A stretch of DNA of 64,000 nucleotides from Clostridia bacterium (GCA_017407835.1 JAFQVV010000004.1:7174-71173), one strand, 5' to 3'; numbered from the stretch's first letter, positions 1 to 10,296 are shown. A program made the numbers and translations. The notes: a model not told the origin generated them from the letters alone.

Positions 1-59
1 GAACCGCCTGTGTTGGCAGCAGTATCGGCACCTGAAGTTAAAAGGAAAGGGGTAAACAT
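1..59 (-). CDS. hypothetical protein, N-terminal fragment running off the left edge
   Basis: ATG (revcomp of cat 57-59) follows GGAGG (revcomp of cctcc 70-74). Translates MFTPFLLTSGADTAANTGG. Only 19 codons are visible. Confidence 0.3.
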   Translation of the reverse strand, partial: MFTPFLLTSGADTAANTGG

Positions 60-138
60 CAAATTTGAACCTCCATCGTTTTCTATGACTTATATTATAC
101 CTGAACTTTGGAAAAATTGCAAGGGGTTTGGAAAAAAA

Positions 139-1191
139 TCACGCATCTTCGGGCTGATCATCGGCTGAAATCGCTTTGAGCTTAGGCGGATTTTTCGGTT
201 TGACAGCGGACAGGGGATTTTGCTCCATGGCGTGCTCCATCTGCTCGTCGCTGATGTGGGTATAGATTTGGGTTGTGTTGAGCTGCGCGTGTCCGAGGAT
301 ATCCTTGAGCACACGCACATCGACCTGCCCTGACTGATACATCAGCGTAGCGGCGGTATGGCGGAGCTTATGCACCGAATAATGGCGGCTCTCCAGCCCT
401 GCCAGATCAAGATATTTATAGACCATCCACTGCACGGTTTTGGTACTGATACGCTGATGACGGCTTGAGAGGAAGAGTGCCGGGGTGGGTGCCGCTGTTG
501 TCTTGACAGGAAGACGGTGCGGGAGATATGCGTCCAGCGCAGCGCGGCAGGCATCATTGAGATAGATAATGCGTTCCTTATTCCCCTTACCGATGACGCG
601 CATGGAGCGAAACTCGCGGTCAATATCATTCATATTGATGCCAACAAGCTCAGACAGGCGCATCCCGCAGTTGAGGAAGAGTGTGACGATGGCATAATCT
701 CGTTCTCGGGTAAGCGACTCGGTGTCCCCCGCAATGGCATTGAGCAGCATCAGGCTCTCATCCAGTGAGAGCACTTTGGGCAGCGACTTTTTGGGGCGAG
801 GAGATTCAATATTCACGGCGGGATTTTTCTCAATCAGCCCCCGCTTGACCGTGAGGTATTTGTAAAATGCCTTGATTGCCGACAGCTTTCGCGCCTTTGC
901 CGCCCAGAGGTTGGCGCGGACATCCGAGGTATACATCAAAAATTCATAGATCTGCTCGGTGGTAATCTCAGCGATTTCTTCCAGTGAGATATCACGAATA
1001 TCGAGGGAGAAAAACTCATCCGATGTAGGGGAAATTCCTCGCTCTTTGGCGCGGAGAAAGCGGAAGAAAGTACGCAGATCAAGCACATATTCGTTGACGG
1101 TGATGGGCGAACAGTTTTGAATCACCGATTTATAGCGTGCAAAATCAGCCACCGCCGAGGGCATGGTGGAAAGATCAACGGTATGCTGCAC
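139..1191 (-). CDS. tyrosine site-specific recombinase, XerC/XerD (phage integrase) family
   Basis: C-terminal catalytic motifs HKLRHTAAT and LGHAQLNTTQIYTH. GTG start lies 9 nt after AGGAGG. Confidence 0.9.
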   Translation of the reverse strand: MQHTVDLSTMPSAVADFARYKSVIQNCSPITVNEYVLDLRTFFRFLRAKERGISPTSDEFFSLDIRDISLEEIAEITTEQIYEFLMYTSDVRANLWAAKARKLSAIKAFYKYLTVKRGLIEKNPAVNIESPRPKKSLPKVLSLDESLMLLNAIAGDTESLTRERDYAIVTLFLNCGMRLSELVGINMNDIDREFRSMRVIGKGNKERIIYLNDACRAALDAYLPHRLPVKTTAAPTPALFLSSRHQRISTKTVQWMVYKYLDLAGLESRHYSVHKLRHTAATLMYQSGQVDVRVLKDILGHAQLNTTQIYTHISDEQMEHAMEQNPLSAVKPKNPPKLKAISADDQPEDA

Positions 1192-1208
1192 CGCATTTCA
1201 CCTCCTGT

Positions 1209-1839
1209 TTACAGATATGCGATCAATTTGTCCAAACTGCGTACATTGATCTCTGCGCCAACAATGGCCGGATCATAGAAGCCATCGGGATCAAAAAGAC
1301 AACCGTGCATTCCCGCACGATGCCCCGCTTGCACATCAATGTCACGGTCGCCGATCATCAGCGATTCTTCCACATTCAGGCGATTGCGCGAACAAAGGGC
1401 AAGCAAGGCAGTAGGATCAGGCTTGAGCGGAAAGTTCTCATGCATAGTCATCAGATCAGAGAAATCATCTTCAATTCCCAAATGACGCAGATAAGTCTTC
1501 ACTTCACTGCCCGAGTGGGTATAGATATAACAACGCACCCCACGAGCTCGGGCGGCGGCGAGCAATTCGGCAACGCCTGCGCAAAGTGTAATCTCCTGTT
1601 CGGTATGCTGCAGACGATATTCCTGCAGTTCGCGGCGCAGAATATCTGCTTCCACAAGCGAAGAAAAGCATTTCATCGCATGACCGAAAGAAATTTTAAG
1701 CGCCGCGAGCGTTTTTGCGGGATCAACGCTGTGCCCGCGGCTTGTCAGCGATTTCTGTAATGCTGCATTGAAGATGGGATATGTATCCCCTATCGTACCG
1801 TCAAAATCAAAAATCAGGTTCTTATACAATGTACTTTTC
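1209..1839 (-). CDS. HAD-superfamily hydrolase (phosphoglycolate phosphatase-like)
   Basis: Motif I is LIFDFDGTIGDT and motif IV is MIGDRDIDV. I shortened the ORF to the TTG start at 1839, which follows AGGAGGAA (1847-1854). Confidence 0.8.
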
Positions 1840-1905
1840 CTCCTGTTATCCGAGAATGGAATGAGAAAAGGTCTGCCGCGGCGTGAACCGAGGCAGACGG
1901 CGGAA

Positions 1906-2529
1906 TTATTTTTTTTCTCTTCCCGACATATTCGGGCGGCCGGAGGTCGGCTTGCTGTTGTCGTAATTGAGTCCAAACAGGCTCATTACACGGAAATTAT
2001 GCATTCCCGCCCAATAGCTGAGAGCTGACGTCAGCAGCGCGGGCAGTGTGATAAGCAGATAGGTCCAGCTGTAATAGTTGAGGGGATTGCCCGCCACTTC
2101 AACCGTGATCAGACCTGTATACATTCCCTCAATAAACAGCGCGATGAACTTTGCCACTGCCACGGTATTGCCTGCCCACTGATGGGACACAGCAACAGGG
2201 GTAAAAACGATGATAAGCAGTGCGAGAATAAAGTTGGGGATATTGGCCCACAGCGACATAATCAGCCCCCGCCACGGTGTAGCTTTGGCACGGCCCGCAT
2301 CGACACGAATTTTATCGCTGGCACCGACTTCCCATGTCATCGTATAAATCAAAAACAGATAGAACAGGACGGAAAAAGCACTGCAGATAAGCTGAAGTGT
2401 CGGATTTTCGGTTTTTCCCGTTGCAATCGCCAAGGTGAGTCCGAAGATGGCAATGGCAAACTGGTTGATAAACATTTTTACGATATTATAGGAATATCCT
2501 CGCCAAAATCCAATGAAGGATCCCTTCAT
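1906..2529 (-). CDS. integral membrane protein of unknown function
   Basis: 207-aa ORF with about 5 hydrophobic segments. AAGGAG RBS precedes the ATG. No family recognised. Confidence 0.65.
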   Translation of the reverse strand: MKGSFIGFWRGYSYNIVKMFINQFAIAIFGLTLAIATGKTENPTLQLICSAFSVLFYLFLIYTMTWEVGASDKIRVDAGRAKATPWRGLIMSLWANIPNFILALLIIVFTPVAVSHQWAGNTVAVAKFIALFIEGMYTGLITVEVAGNPLNYYSWTYLLITLPALLTSALSYWAGMHNFRVMSLFGLNYDNSKPTSGRPNMSGREKK

Positions 2530-2592
2530 AATAAGTACAAATCTCCTTCCGGGGAAAAGTCAAAGGCGGCACAGTGCACCGCTCTTCAGTTT

Positions 2593-2621
2593 ATTATAGC
2601 GAATTCGCGCGCCAAATGCAA
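2593..2621 (-). promoter_or_regulatory. sigma-A type promoter for the 1906-2529 membrane protein gene
   Basis: On the minus strand: TTGCAT, 17-nt spacer, TATAAT. Confidence 0.55.
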
Positions 2622-2671
2622 GGCGAAACCGACAAAATTTACACTTTGTCAATGTTATGGTCAAGTGCGCG

Positions 2672-3457
2672 TCACGGTCTGAAATCGGCGCGCAGACTGC
2701 ACTCGCCCGAAAAAACGGTACGAAGCGTCCCCGCTCCATCCCGCACAATCAGGCGGCAGGCATCGTCAATCTCCTCAACCACAACCTGCTCTCCGCCCGG
2801 CAAAAGGGTAACACATCGCCCCAGAACCAGCGAGCGGCGGCGATATTCACCGAGAAAGCGCCCTTCGGGCAGGGGAAGCATGAGATCGGCACACCGCGTG
2901 AGCAGTGCCGCACACAGATGGGGACGGATATCCTCCCCAGAAGTATCGGCAAAAAGTGACGCGGCAATCCCCTCAAGTTCGCTTGGATATCCTTCTCGCG
3001 GCGGATAAACATTGATTCCGATTCCGACAATCACCGAAGCGATCTTCCCCTCTTCGGTCAGCGTTGACTCGGTGAGAATTCCCCCCACCTTGCGCCCGTT
3101 CAGCATCAGATCGTTTACCCATTTTATCCCGACAGAGATCCCGCAAACTTCTTCAATTGCTTCGGCGGCGGCCACGGCGGCGGCAGGCGTGAAGAGAAGC
3201 CCCTCTGCCGCAGACACTTGAGGGCGCAGCAGCATACTTATATACAGCCCACAGCGTGGAGGCGAAAAGAATGCTCTGGTCATCCTTCCCCGCCCCGCCG
3301 TCTGCCGATCGGCAATCAGCACCGCACCTGTGGGCAGCTCCTGGGATGTGGCTTTCATGAGGGTATTGGTAGATTCTACGCATTCCCGAACATCAAGGCT
3401 CCACGGAGAGTCGGCGGGAAGATATCGGGAAATTGCGGCAGCGGTAAGATGAGACAT
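2672..3457 (-). CDS. birA: biotin--[acetyl-CoA-carboxylase] ligase (group I, no N-terminal HTH)
   Basis: GRGRMTRAFFSPP..GLYISMLLRP and GIKWVNDL motifs. AAAGGAGG RBS. Confidence 0.85.
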   Translation of the reverse strand: MSHLTAAAISRYLPADSPWSLDVRECVESTNTLMKATSQELPTGAVLIADRQTAGRGRMTRAFFSPPRCGLYISMLLRPQVSAAEGLLFTPAAAVAAAEAIEEVCGISVGIKWVNDLMLNGRKVGGILTESTLTEEGKIASVIVGIGINVYPPREGYPSELEGIAASLFADTSGEDIRPHLCAALLTRCADLMLPLPEGRFLGEYRRRSLVLGRCVTLLPGGEQVVVEEIDDACRLIVRDGAGTLRTVFSGECSLRADFRP

Positions 3458-3489
3458 GGTACGCCTCCTTTCATTTGGAGTTTGAGGCT

Positions 3490-3519
3490 ATTATAGCACA
3501 ACGCACTCAAACGTGTCAA
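3490..3519 (-). promoter_or_regulatory. sigma-A type promoter for birA
   Basis: On the minus strand: TTGACA, 18-nt spacer, TGcTATAAT. Confidence 0.6.
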
Positions 3520-3533
3520 GTGACGAACAGCAC

Positions 3534-3566
3534 AAGGGGTGATGCGCAATCCGCGCATCACCCCTT
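3534..3566. terminator. GC-rich hairpin downstream of the lipoprotein gene
   Basis: AAGGGGTGATGCGC-aatcc-GCGCATCACCCCTT, a 14-bp stem. The U-tract is weak on the minus strand. Confidence 0.5.
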
Positions 3567-3588
3567 ACCTTTTGCATCTTTTATGACA

Positions 3589-4419
3589 TTATGTAGGCGA
3601 TACCTGAAATAACCCTTCCAACTCGGAAAATGACTCCGCCAGCGGATAATGGCACAATGCCTTCGTGCTTACATTGTAGCAAAGCGAAGGATTGGTCGGT
3701 GGATCTACCCCCATCTGCTCGGTGTGATAGATCGTGATCAGTTCCCCCTGTTCATTCAGGTACGCACCGATGAGCCTCCCCACAGCCATGGGTGCGGCAT
3801 TCACCAAAAATTGCGGCAGAATCTGTTCAATCTCAGCCTTCACCGCTTCGGGTGAGGTGTCGAATGCCGCCAAAAGTTCGGCACAGGTCAGGACGGATTG
3901 TCCCTCCAGATCCACCACTGCGGCCGCAACAAAGGGGAATACCACATATGTTCCGGCCCGATAGGAAAGCGACGCGACAGAAAGATACTGCTCATCTGCG
4001 TAGATCAGATTTTCTCCCCGGAAGAAATTGAAATTCACCGGATAAGATTCGGTGTAATCGAGATAACGGCTGTAAAAGGGGGCATAGATCGTGTCATTTA
4101 CGGCTTCGGTTAGTGCCGCATTATCGGTAAATACCACCTTGTGCAGTACAACGTCCGCATCATGCATACCGTCATCAATCTGCGCCGTATAGGTATGGAG
4201 AACAGTATACCCGCCGGGCTCTGCCGGAATTGCGCCGTCACCGCAGCAGCCCGACACCTCGCAGGAAACATCCTGATCGGATATGGCCGGCTGCGGCTTG
4301 GCTTGTGCAGGCAGATCGGCTGTATCGGAGATATCGATATCTTGGGAAGGCACCGCATCCATCCGGCACGAGGTAAATATGACAGCAAAGATCGCCAAAA
4401 TGGCAAGGATTTTTCTCAT
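3589..4419 (-). CDS. putative lipoprotein of unknown function
   Basis: Start reset to MRKILAILAIFAVIFTSC (signal peptide plus lipobox Cys) with a GAGGAG RBS. The upstream 32 codons of the ORF lack an RBS. Confidence 0.7.
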   Translation of the reverse strand: MRKILAILAIFAVIFTSCRMDAVPSQDIDISDTADLPAQAKPQPAISDQDVSCEVSGCCGDGAIPAEPGGYTVLHTYTAQIDDGMHDADVVLHKVVFTDNAALTEAVNDTIYAPFYSRYLDYTESYPVNFNFFRGENLIYADEQYLSVASLSYRAGTYVVFPFVAAAVVDLEGQSVLTCAELLAAFDTSPEAVKAEIEQILPQFLVNAAPMAVGRLIGAYLNEQGELITIYHTEQMGVDPPTNPSLCYNVSTKALCHYPLAESFSELEGLFQVSPT

Positions 4420-4609
4420 CGGGGATTTCACTCCTCTCTTGCTTGTATAGAAAAAGACGAAAAATTCTCCAAAAAGTTCCCGCATATATGCAATCAACTG
4501 ATAAATTTTTTGCACACTGCTGCAGGGGATTTTTGCAAATTTTGCTGGACATTGGGGATATTATATGGTATAATGATAAAATGAGATATTGTCGAAAGGA
4601 AGTGCACGA

Positions 4610-5212
4610 ATGCGAATTCGCAATCTGTACCGCGGCGGGTGGTTATCCAACTGTTACCTCGTCAGCGAGGGCAGTGATGCGGTGATCATTGATCCCTCAT
4701 CCCCCACTGAAGAGATCACCGATATGCTTGCCCGAGCAGAACTGACTTTGCGGGGCATTCTCCTCACCCACGGTCATTTCGACCATATCCTCTCACTTGA
4801 CTCACTGCGTGATGCGACGGGTGCTCCCGCTTATCTCCACCATGGGGACGCCGACTTCCCCACCGATGCATCCCAAAGCTGTTATCTGACCATACTGGGG
4901 CGGGACATCCGTCACCGTGCGGCAGATGTTTTGCTGATGGGCGGCGAGGTGCTGACTTTGGGTTCAATGACCTTCAGCGTTCTGCACACCCCGGGGCATA
5001 CGGGCGGCTGTGTCTGTTACCGCTGCGAAGATGCGCTCTTCACGGGGGACACCATTTTCGCCGAGGGATACGGGCGTACCGATCTTCCGGGCGGAAATGC
5101 GATGCTGCTGCGGGAGTCACTCAACCGGCTTGCCGGGATGCAGGACGAGGGATTGACCATCTATCCCGGGCACGGTCTCTCCTGCCTTCTTGCGGATGCC
5201 GCCATGCTTTGA
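4610..5212 (+). CDS. MBL-fold metallo-hydrolase (hydroxyacylglutathione hydrolase-like)
   Basis: THGHFDH zinc motif and HTPGHTGG. ATG at 4610 follows AAAGGAAG. Confidence 0.85.
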   Translation: MRIRNLYRGGWLSNCYLVSEGSDAVIIDPSSPTEEITDMLARAELTLRGILLTHGHFDHILSLDSLRDATGAPAYLHHGDADFPTDASQSCYLTILGRDIRHRAADVLLMGGEVLTLGSMTFSVLHTPGHTGGCVCYRCEDALFTGDTIFAEGYGRTDLPGGNAMLLRESLNRLAGMQDEGLTIYPGHGLSCLLADAAML

Positions 5213-5252
5213 CCTGACAAATCAAATTTTTCACATAAAGGATTGAAACAAC

Positions 5253-6947
5253 ATGGATTACAATCGTTTAGCCGAACTGCTTTTTCCCAATGTCACCGCC
5301 ACCCCCGAGGACATGGAGAAACGCTATCCCGCCCGCGATCTGCCCGAGGGTGCCAAGGTAACCCGTTTTGCCCCCAGCCCCACGGGATTTGTTCATCTCG
5401 GCGGTCTGTACGGTGCTACCATTGACGAACGCCTTGCCCATCAGTCGGGGGGCGTGTTCTACCTGCGCATCGAAGATACCGACGCCAAGCGTGAGGTAGA
5501 GGGTGCAACCGAAAAGCTGATCAAGACACTCGCCCACTACGGTGTGGAGTTTGACGAGGGCGCTATTCTCGATGAAAACGGAAATGTGGCCGACCGCGGG
5601 GCGTACGGTCCCTACAAGCAGAGCCAGCGCGGCCCCATCTACCACGTTTTCGCCAAGAAGCTGGTAGCAGAGGGCAAGGCATATCCCTGCTTCACCACCG
5701 AGGAGGAGTACGAGGAGCTGCAGGCTGTGGACAAAAAGGCTGAGGTCAAGGCCAAGGAATGGTCCGCCGAGGCGAATCTTGAAGCACAGCAGCGCAAGCT
5801 TGCCATGCGCAGCTTCACCATGGAAGAGGTGGAGGCACATCTGGCGGCAGGTCATCCCTGGGTGCTCCGCATCCTCTCGGACGGTGACACCGAGAAGAAG
5901 GTGATCTTCACCGATCTGATCAAGGGCAAGCTGGAGATGCCCGAGAACGACGAGGACTTCGTCCTGCTCAAATCGGACGGCATTCCCACCTACCACTTCG
6001 CCCATGCCATTGACGACCACCTCATGCACACCACCCACGTCATCCGCGGCGAGGAGTGGCTGCCCAGCGCCCCCAAGCACCTGCAGCTCTTCCGCTATCT
6101 TGGCTTCAAGGCGCCCAAGTATATGCACACCGCGCAGGTGATGAAGCTGGACGAGAACGGCAACAAAAAGAAGCTCTCTAAGCGCGACATGGGGGGCAAT
6201 GTGGACGACTACACCCGTCTCGGCTACGCTACCGAGTGCGTCTGCGAATATCTGCTGACCATCCTCAACTCCAACTTCGAGGAGTGGCGGATGCAGAACC
6301 CCGACAAGCCCTACACCGACTTCCCCTTCAATATCAAGAAGATGAGCGCATCGGGCTGTCTTGTGGACTTCCCTAAGCTCAATGATGTTTCCAAGAATGT
6401 CATCTCCAAGATGACGGCAGAGGAAGTTTACGACCGCGCCTATGCCTGGGCGGCCGAATTCGATCCCGATTTTGCGGCAGCACTCGCAGCCGATCCTGCC
6501 TATGCAAAAGCGATCCTTGCCATCGGACGCGGCGGCAAAAAGCCCCGCAAGGACTTCGGTCTCTGGAGCGAGGTCAAGGGCTATATGGGCTTCTTCTACG
6601 ATCAGTATTTCTCGGTACAGGACGATGTGACCGCCGAGGGCAAATTTGCCGCAGCCGATATCAAGGCTGTATATGACGCTTTCTGCGCCGGCTTTGATCT
6701 GGCAGACGATGCAAACGCTTGGTTTGAGAAAATCAAGACCATCGCCGATTCGCTCGGCTTTGCCTCCGATATGAAGGCTTACAAGGCTGATCCCGCCGCC
6801 TTCCGCGGCAATGTGGCCGATATCAGTATGTTCCTGCGGGTTGCCGTCACCGGCAAGCTCAATTCCCCCGATATGTACACCGTCATGCAGATTCTCGGCC
6901 GCGACCGCGTGCTGGCACGAATCGGCGCGATGCGTGATGCGCTTTAA
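5253..6947 (+). CDS. gltX: glutamate--tRNA ligase (long form)
   Basis: Class I signatures PSPTGFVHLGG (HIGH) and KLSKR (KMSKS). Confidence 0.9.
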   Translation: MDYNRLAELLFPNVTATPEDMEKRYPARDLPEGAKVTRFAPSPTGFVHLGGLYGATIDERLAHQSGGVFYLRIEDTDAKREVEGATEKLIKTLAHYGVEFDEGAILDENGNVADRGAYGPYKQSQRGPIYHVFAKKLVAEGKAYPCFTTEEEYEELQAVDKKAEVKAKEWSAEANLEAQQRKLAMRSFTMEEVEAHLAAGHPWVLRILSDGDTEKKVIFTDLIKGKLEMPENDEDFVLLKSDGIPTYHFAHAIDDHLMHTTHVIRGEEWLPSAPKHLQLFRYLGFKAPKYMHTAQVMKLDENGNKKKLSKRDMGGNVDDYTRLGYATECVCEYLLTILNSNFEEWRMQNPDKPYTDFPFNIKKMSASGCLVDFPKLNDVSKNVISKMTAEEVYDRAYAWAAEFDPDFAAALAADPAYAKAILAIGRGGKKPRKDFGLWSEVKGYMGFFYDQYFSVQDDVTAEGKFAAADIKAVYDAFCAGFDLADDANAWFEKIKTIADSLGFASDMKAYKADPAAFRGNVADISMFLRVAVTGKLNSPDMYTVMQILGRDRVLARIGAMRDAL

Positions 6948-6964
6948 GAGAAAGGATATCCACC

Positions 6965-8620
6965 ATGGAAGAAATCACCAAAAACTTTATTGAAGAAGTG
7001 GTTGATGCAGACCTTGCTGCCAATCCCGACCTGAAAATTCACACCCGATTCCCTCCCGAGCCCAACGGCTATCTGCACATCGGCTCGGTCAAGGCGATCT
7101 GCATCAACACCGATATCGCCAACAATTACAAGGGGCTGTTCAACCTGCGCTATGACGACACCAATCCCGCAAAGGAAAGTGACGAATTCGTCCGCTCCAT
7201 CCGCGAGGATCTGGAGTGGCTGGGTGCTGCTCCCACCGGCGGTGTCTTCTACGGCTCGGATTATTTCGGAAAGTGCTACGAGTTCGCCGTCCAGCTGATC
7301 AAGCAGGGGGACGCTTACGTTTGTGATCTCTCCAAGGATGACCTTGCCGACTACAAGGGTACCGACCGCGCAGTGGCATCCAAGGAATCTCCTTACCGTA
7401 ACCGCTCGGTGGAGGAGAACCTTGATCTCTTTGCGCGCATGAAGAACGGCGAGTTCCCCGACGGAGCCCGCACCCTCCGCGCCAAGATTGATCCCTCCTC
7501 GGACAACCCCTATCTCCGTGATCCTGTCATTTACCGCATCAAGCATATCCACCATCACCGCCAGGGTGACGAGTGGTGCGTCTACCCCATGTATGACTTC
7601 GCACATCCCATCCAGGATGCGCTGGAGGGGATCACCCACTCCCTCTGCTCCAGCGAATTCCGCAATCACCGCCCCCTCTACGACTGGGTGGTGGACAAGA
7701 TCGGCTTCGAAAAGAAGCCTCATCAGTGGGAGTTCGGCCGCATGAACATCACCTACACCGTCATGTCGAAGCGCTATCTGCGCCAACTGGTTGAGGAAGG
7801 CTATGTGGACGGCTGGGACGATCCCCGTCTGCCCACCCTCAAGGGGTTGCGCCGCCGCGGCTACACCCCCGGTGCGCTCTTCACCTTCGTTCGCGAGGCC
7901 GGCGTGACCAACACCGACCATACTGTGGATGTTCGCCAGCTGGAGGCCTGTGTACGCGATGATCTGGGCGAGAACGCTCTCCGCCGCATTGCGGTGGCCA
8001 ATCCCATCAAGGTGATCATCGACAACTACCCCGAGGATAAAGAGGAAATTTTTGCTCTGCCCAACCATCCCCAGAAGCCCGAGCTGGGCACACGTGACGT
8101 CCCCATGACGCGGGAGATCTATATTGATGCCGATGACTTCGCCGAGGTTCCTCCTCCAAAGTTCTTCCGTCTCAAGCCCGACGGCGAGGTGCGTCTGATG
8201 GGCGGCTATATCATCAAGTATGCCGACATTGAGAAGAACGAGGACGGCTCCATCAAGTGCATCCATGCAACTGCTGACCTTGAGACCGGCAACGGCAATC
8301 CCGCAGACGGCAGAAAGATCAAGGGCACCATTCACTGGCTCTCGGCCAAGTATGCGATGCCTGCGACCATGATGCTCTACGACCGTCTCTTCAACATTGA
8401 GAACACCGCCGACGTCCCCGAGGGCAAGACGTATCTCGATTTTCTCAACCCCGACTCGCTGACCAAGATCGACGGCGCTATGGTTGAGCCTTCCCTCGCC
8501 GATGCCAAGCCCGGGGACAAGTTCCAGTTTGTCCGCAACGGCTACTACTGCCTTGACACCAAGAACCCCGGCACCTTCAACCGTGTCGTTGGCCTCAAGG
8601 ACAGTTTCCCGAAGAAGTAA
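6965..8620 (+). CDS. glnS: glutamine--tRNA ligase
   Basis: RFPPEPNGYLHIGS (HIGH) and VMSKR (KMSKS), with overall GlnRS-like sequence. Confidence 0.95.
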   Translation: MEEITKNFIEEVVDADLAANPDLKIHTRFPPEPNGYLHIGSVKAICINTDIANNYKGLFNLRYDDTNPAKESDEFVRSIREDLEWLGAAPTGGVFYGSDYFGKCYEFAVQLIKQGDAYVCDLSKDDLADYKGTDRAVASKESPYRNRSVEENLDLFARMKNGEFPDGARTLRAKIDPSSDNPYLRDPVIYRIKHIHHHRQGDEWCVYPMYDFAHPIQDALEGITHSLCSSEFRNHRPLYDWVVDKIGFEKKPHQWEFGRMNITYTVMSKRYLRQLVEEGYVDGWDDPRLPTLKGLRRRGYTPGALFTFVREAGVTNTDHTVDVRQLEACVRDDLGENALRRIAVANPIKVIIDNYPEDKEEIFALPNHPQKPELGTRDVPMTREIYIDADDFAEVPPPKFFRLKPDGEVRLMGGYIIKYADIEKNEDGSIKCIHATADLETGNGNPADGRKIKGTIHWLSAKYAMPATMMLYDRLFNIENTADVPEGKTYLDFLNPDSLTKIDGAMVEPSLADAKPGDKFQFVRNGYYCLDTKNPGTFNRVVGLKDSFPKK

Positions 8621-8733
8621 GGACGTGAGGCGCTGCCCCAACCCCGCTCAAGCCCCTTTCCCGAAAAAGGGGCTTGAGAATCCCCAAAAACTTTCACAAA
8701 TTAACGCAATATAACTGAAAGAAGGTACAGAAA

Positions 8734-10011
8734 ATGGATTACAAGATTGCCACAAAATGTGTGCAGGCGGGCTACACCCCCAAGAATGGCGAGCCCCGCA
8801 TTCTGCCCATTGTTCAGAGCACAACATACAAGTACGACTCCAGCGAAGCGATGGGAGATCTCTTTGATCTGAAGGCTTCGGGCTACTTCTACACCCGTCT
8901 GCAAAACCCCACAAACGATTACGTTGCAGCCAAAATCGCGGCACTGGAGGGCGGCGTTGCGGCGATGCTCACTTCGTCGGGCCAAGCTGCGAACTTCTAT
9001 GCACTCTTCAATCTCTGCTCGGCCGGGGATCACATCGTTGCGTCCTCTGCCATTTACGGCGGAACCTTCAACCTGATCGGTGTCACCATGAAGAAGATGG
9101 GCATCGAGACCACCTTTGTCAATCCCCGCGCCACCGCAGAGGAGCTGGAGGCTGCCTTCCGCCCCAACACCCGCGCTGTCTTTGCCGAGACCATTGCCAA
9201 TCCCGCTCTGGTCGTGCTTGACATTGAGAAGTTCGCCAATGCCGCCCACGCACACGGCGTTCCGCTGATTGTGGACAACACCTTCCCCACCCCCATCAAC
9301 TGCCGCCCCTTCGAGTTTGGGGCCGACATTGTTACCCACTCCACTACCAAGTACATGGACGGTCATGCCACCTCGGTTGGCGGTGTTATCGTGGACAGCG
9401 GAAACTTTGATTGGATGGCTCACGCCGACATGTTCCCCGGCCTCACCACTCCCGATGACTCCTATCACGGTGTCAACTATGCCAAGGACTTTGGCAAGGC
9501 TGCTTTCATCACCAAAGCCACGGCGCAGATCATGCGCGATCTTGGATCGATCCAGTCCCCCCAGAATGCGTTTTTGATCAATCTCGGTCTTGAAACACTG
9601 GCACTCCGCATGAAGCAGCACTGTGCCAATGCTGAGAAGATTTCCGCATGGCTTGCCGCCGATCCTCGCGTATCGTGGGTAAGCTACCCGGCTCTCCCCG
9701 ACAGCCCCGACTATGCGTTGGCAAAGAAATATATGCCGAACGGCACCTGCGGCGTCATTTCCTTCGGTGTTAAAGGTGGTCGTGAAGCGGCTACCCGCTT
9801 CATGGATGCGCTTCGTCTTGCTGCCATCGTCACCCACGTTGCCGATGCCCGCACCTGCGTGCTCCATCCTGCCAGCACCACCCACCGTCAGCTCACCGAT
9901 GAGCAACTGGTGGCCGGCGGTATCTCCGCCGATCTGATCCGTCTGTCGGTGGGTATCGAGGATGCCGATGACATCATCGCCGACCTGGATCAGGCACTGG
10001 CAAAGGCATGA
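8734..10011 (+). CDS. metY: O-acetylhomoserine sulfhydrylase / aminocarboxypropyltransferase (PLP-dependent)
   Basis: Cys/Met-metabolism PLP family. STTKYMDGH carries the PLP lysine. 425 aa. Confidence 0.9.
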   Translation: MDYKIATKCVQAGYTPKNGEPRILPIVQSTTYKYDSSEAMGDLFDLKASGYFYTRLQNPTNDYVAAKIAALEGGVAAMLTSSGQAANFYALFNLCSAGDHIVASSAIYGGTFNLIGVTMKKMGIETTFVNPRATAEELEAAFRPNTRAVFAETIANPALVVLDIEKFANAAHAHGVPLIVDNTFPTPINCRPFEFGADIVTHSTTKYMDGHATSVGGVIVDSGNFDWMAHADMFPGLTTPDDSYHGVNYAKDFGKAAFITKATAQIMRDLGSIQSPQNAFLINLGLETLALRMKQHCANAEKISAWLAADPRVSWVSYPALPDSPDYALAKKYMPNGTCGVISFGVKGGREAATRFMDALRLAAIVTHVADARTCVLHPASTTHRQLTDEQLVAGGISADLIRLSVGIEDADDIIADLDQALAKA

Positions 10012-10292
10012 ACGATCTGCTCCGGCTCCTGCCCTATCTGTGGCTCATGGTGATCTCTGCCGTCGCCATTGTTGTCACCATCTACGATAAGATTGCCGCA
10101 AAAAAGCTTCCCGGTCGCCGAACGCCGGAGAAAATACTGTTTTTGATTGCCTGTCTTGGCGGCTCGGTTGCCATGTATGCCACCATGCAGCTGATTCGCC
10201 ACAAAACCCAGCACAAGCGATTTATGATTGGAATCCCGCTGATTATCACAGCGCAGATCTTGGGAATTGCCGTGCTGATTCTTCTGCATTGA
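10008..10292 (+). CDS. DUF1294-family small membrane protein
   Basis: YDKIAAKK..RRTPEKILFL..GGSVAMY..RHKTQHKRF pattern. ATGA overlap with the metY stop. Confidence 0.8.
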   Translation: MNDLLRLLPYLWLMVISAVAIVVTIYDKIAAKKLPGRRTPEKILFLIACLGGSVAMYATMQLIRHKTQHKRFMIGIPLIITAQILGIAVLILLH

Positions 10293-10296
10293 GTAA

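Noticed and set aside
80-110. An AT-rich sequence, TTCTATGACTTATATTATACCTGAACTT, lies just downstream of the Xer-type recombinase. I considered it as a possible dif or att site.
   Set aside because: It contains only a TTAT core, with no convincing match to the Firmicute dif consensus arms and no inverted-repeat symmetry. The window edge also prevents any search for a partner repeat. For the same reasons I do not call the recombinase part of a mobile element.
6944-8641. A 565-aa ORF lies antisense to glnS. Similar full-length antisense ORFs occur opposite many genes: 5268-6128, 8701-9906, 10289-12262, 24909-26486, 26898-28202, 40438-42000, 43415-44449, 52089-53063 and 61632-63314.
   Set aside because: These are shadow ORFs. 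The sense frames carry unambiguous family motifs. The antisense translations are low-complexity (rich in G, A, R, H, D and V), lack RBSs and lack recognisable motifs. In a GC-biased genome that rarely uses the TTA, CTA and TCA codons, the directly opposite frame stays open by chance.
8621-8733. I considered a SAM riboswitch or Met T-box upstream of metY.
   Set aside because: The intergenic region is only 113 nt. It contains just one hairpin (CTCAAGCCCCTT..AAGGGGCTTGAG) and has no S-box or T-box conserved cores.
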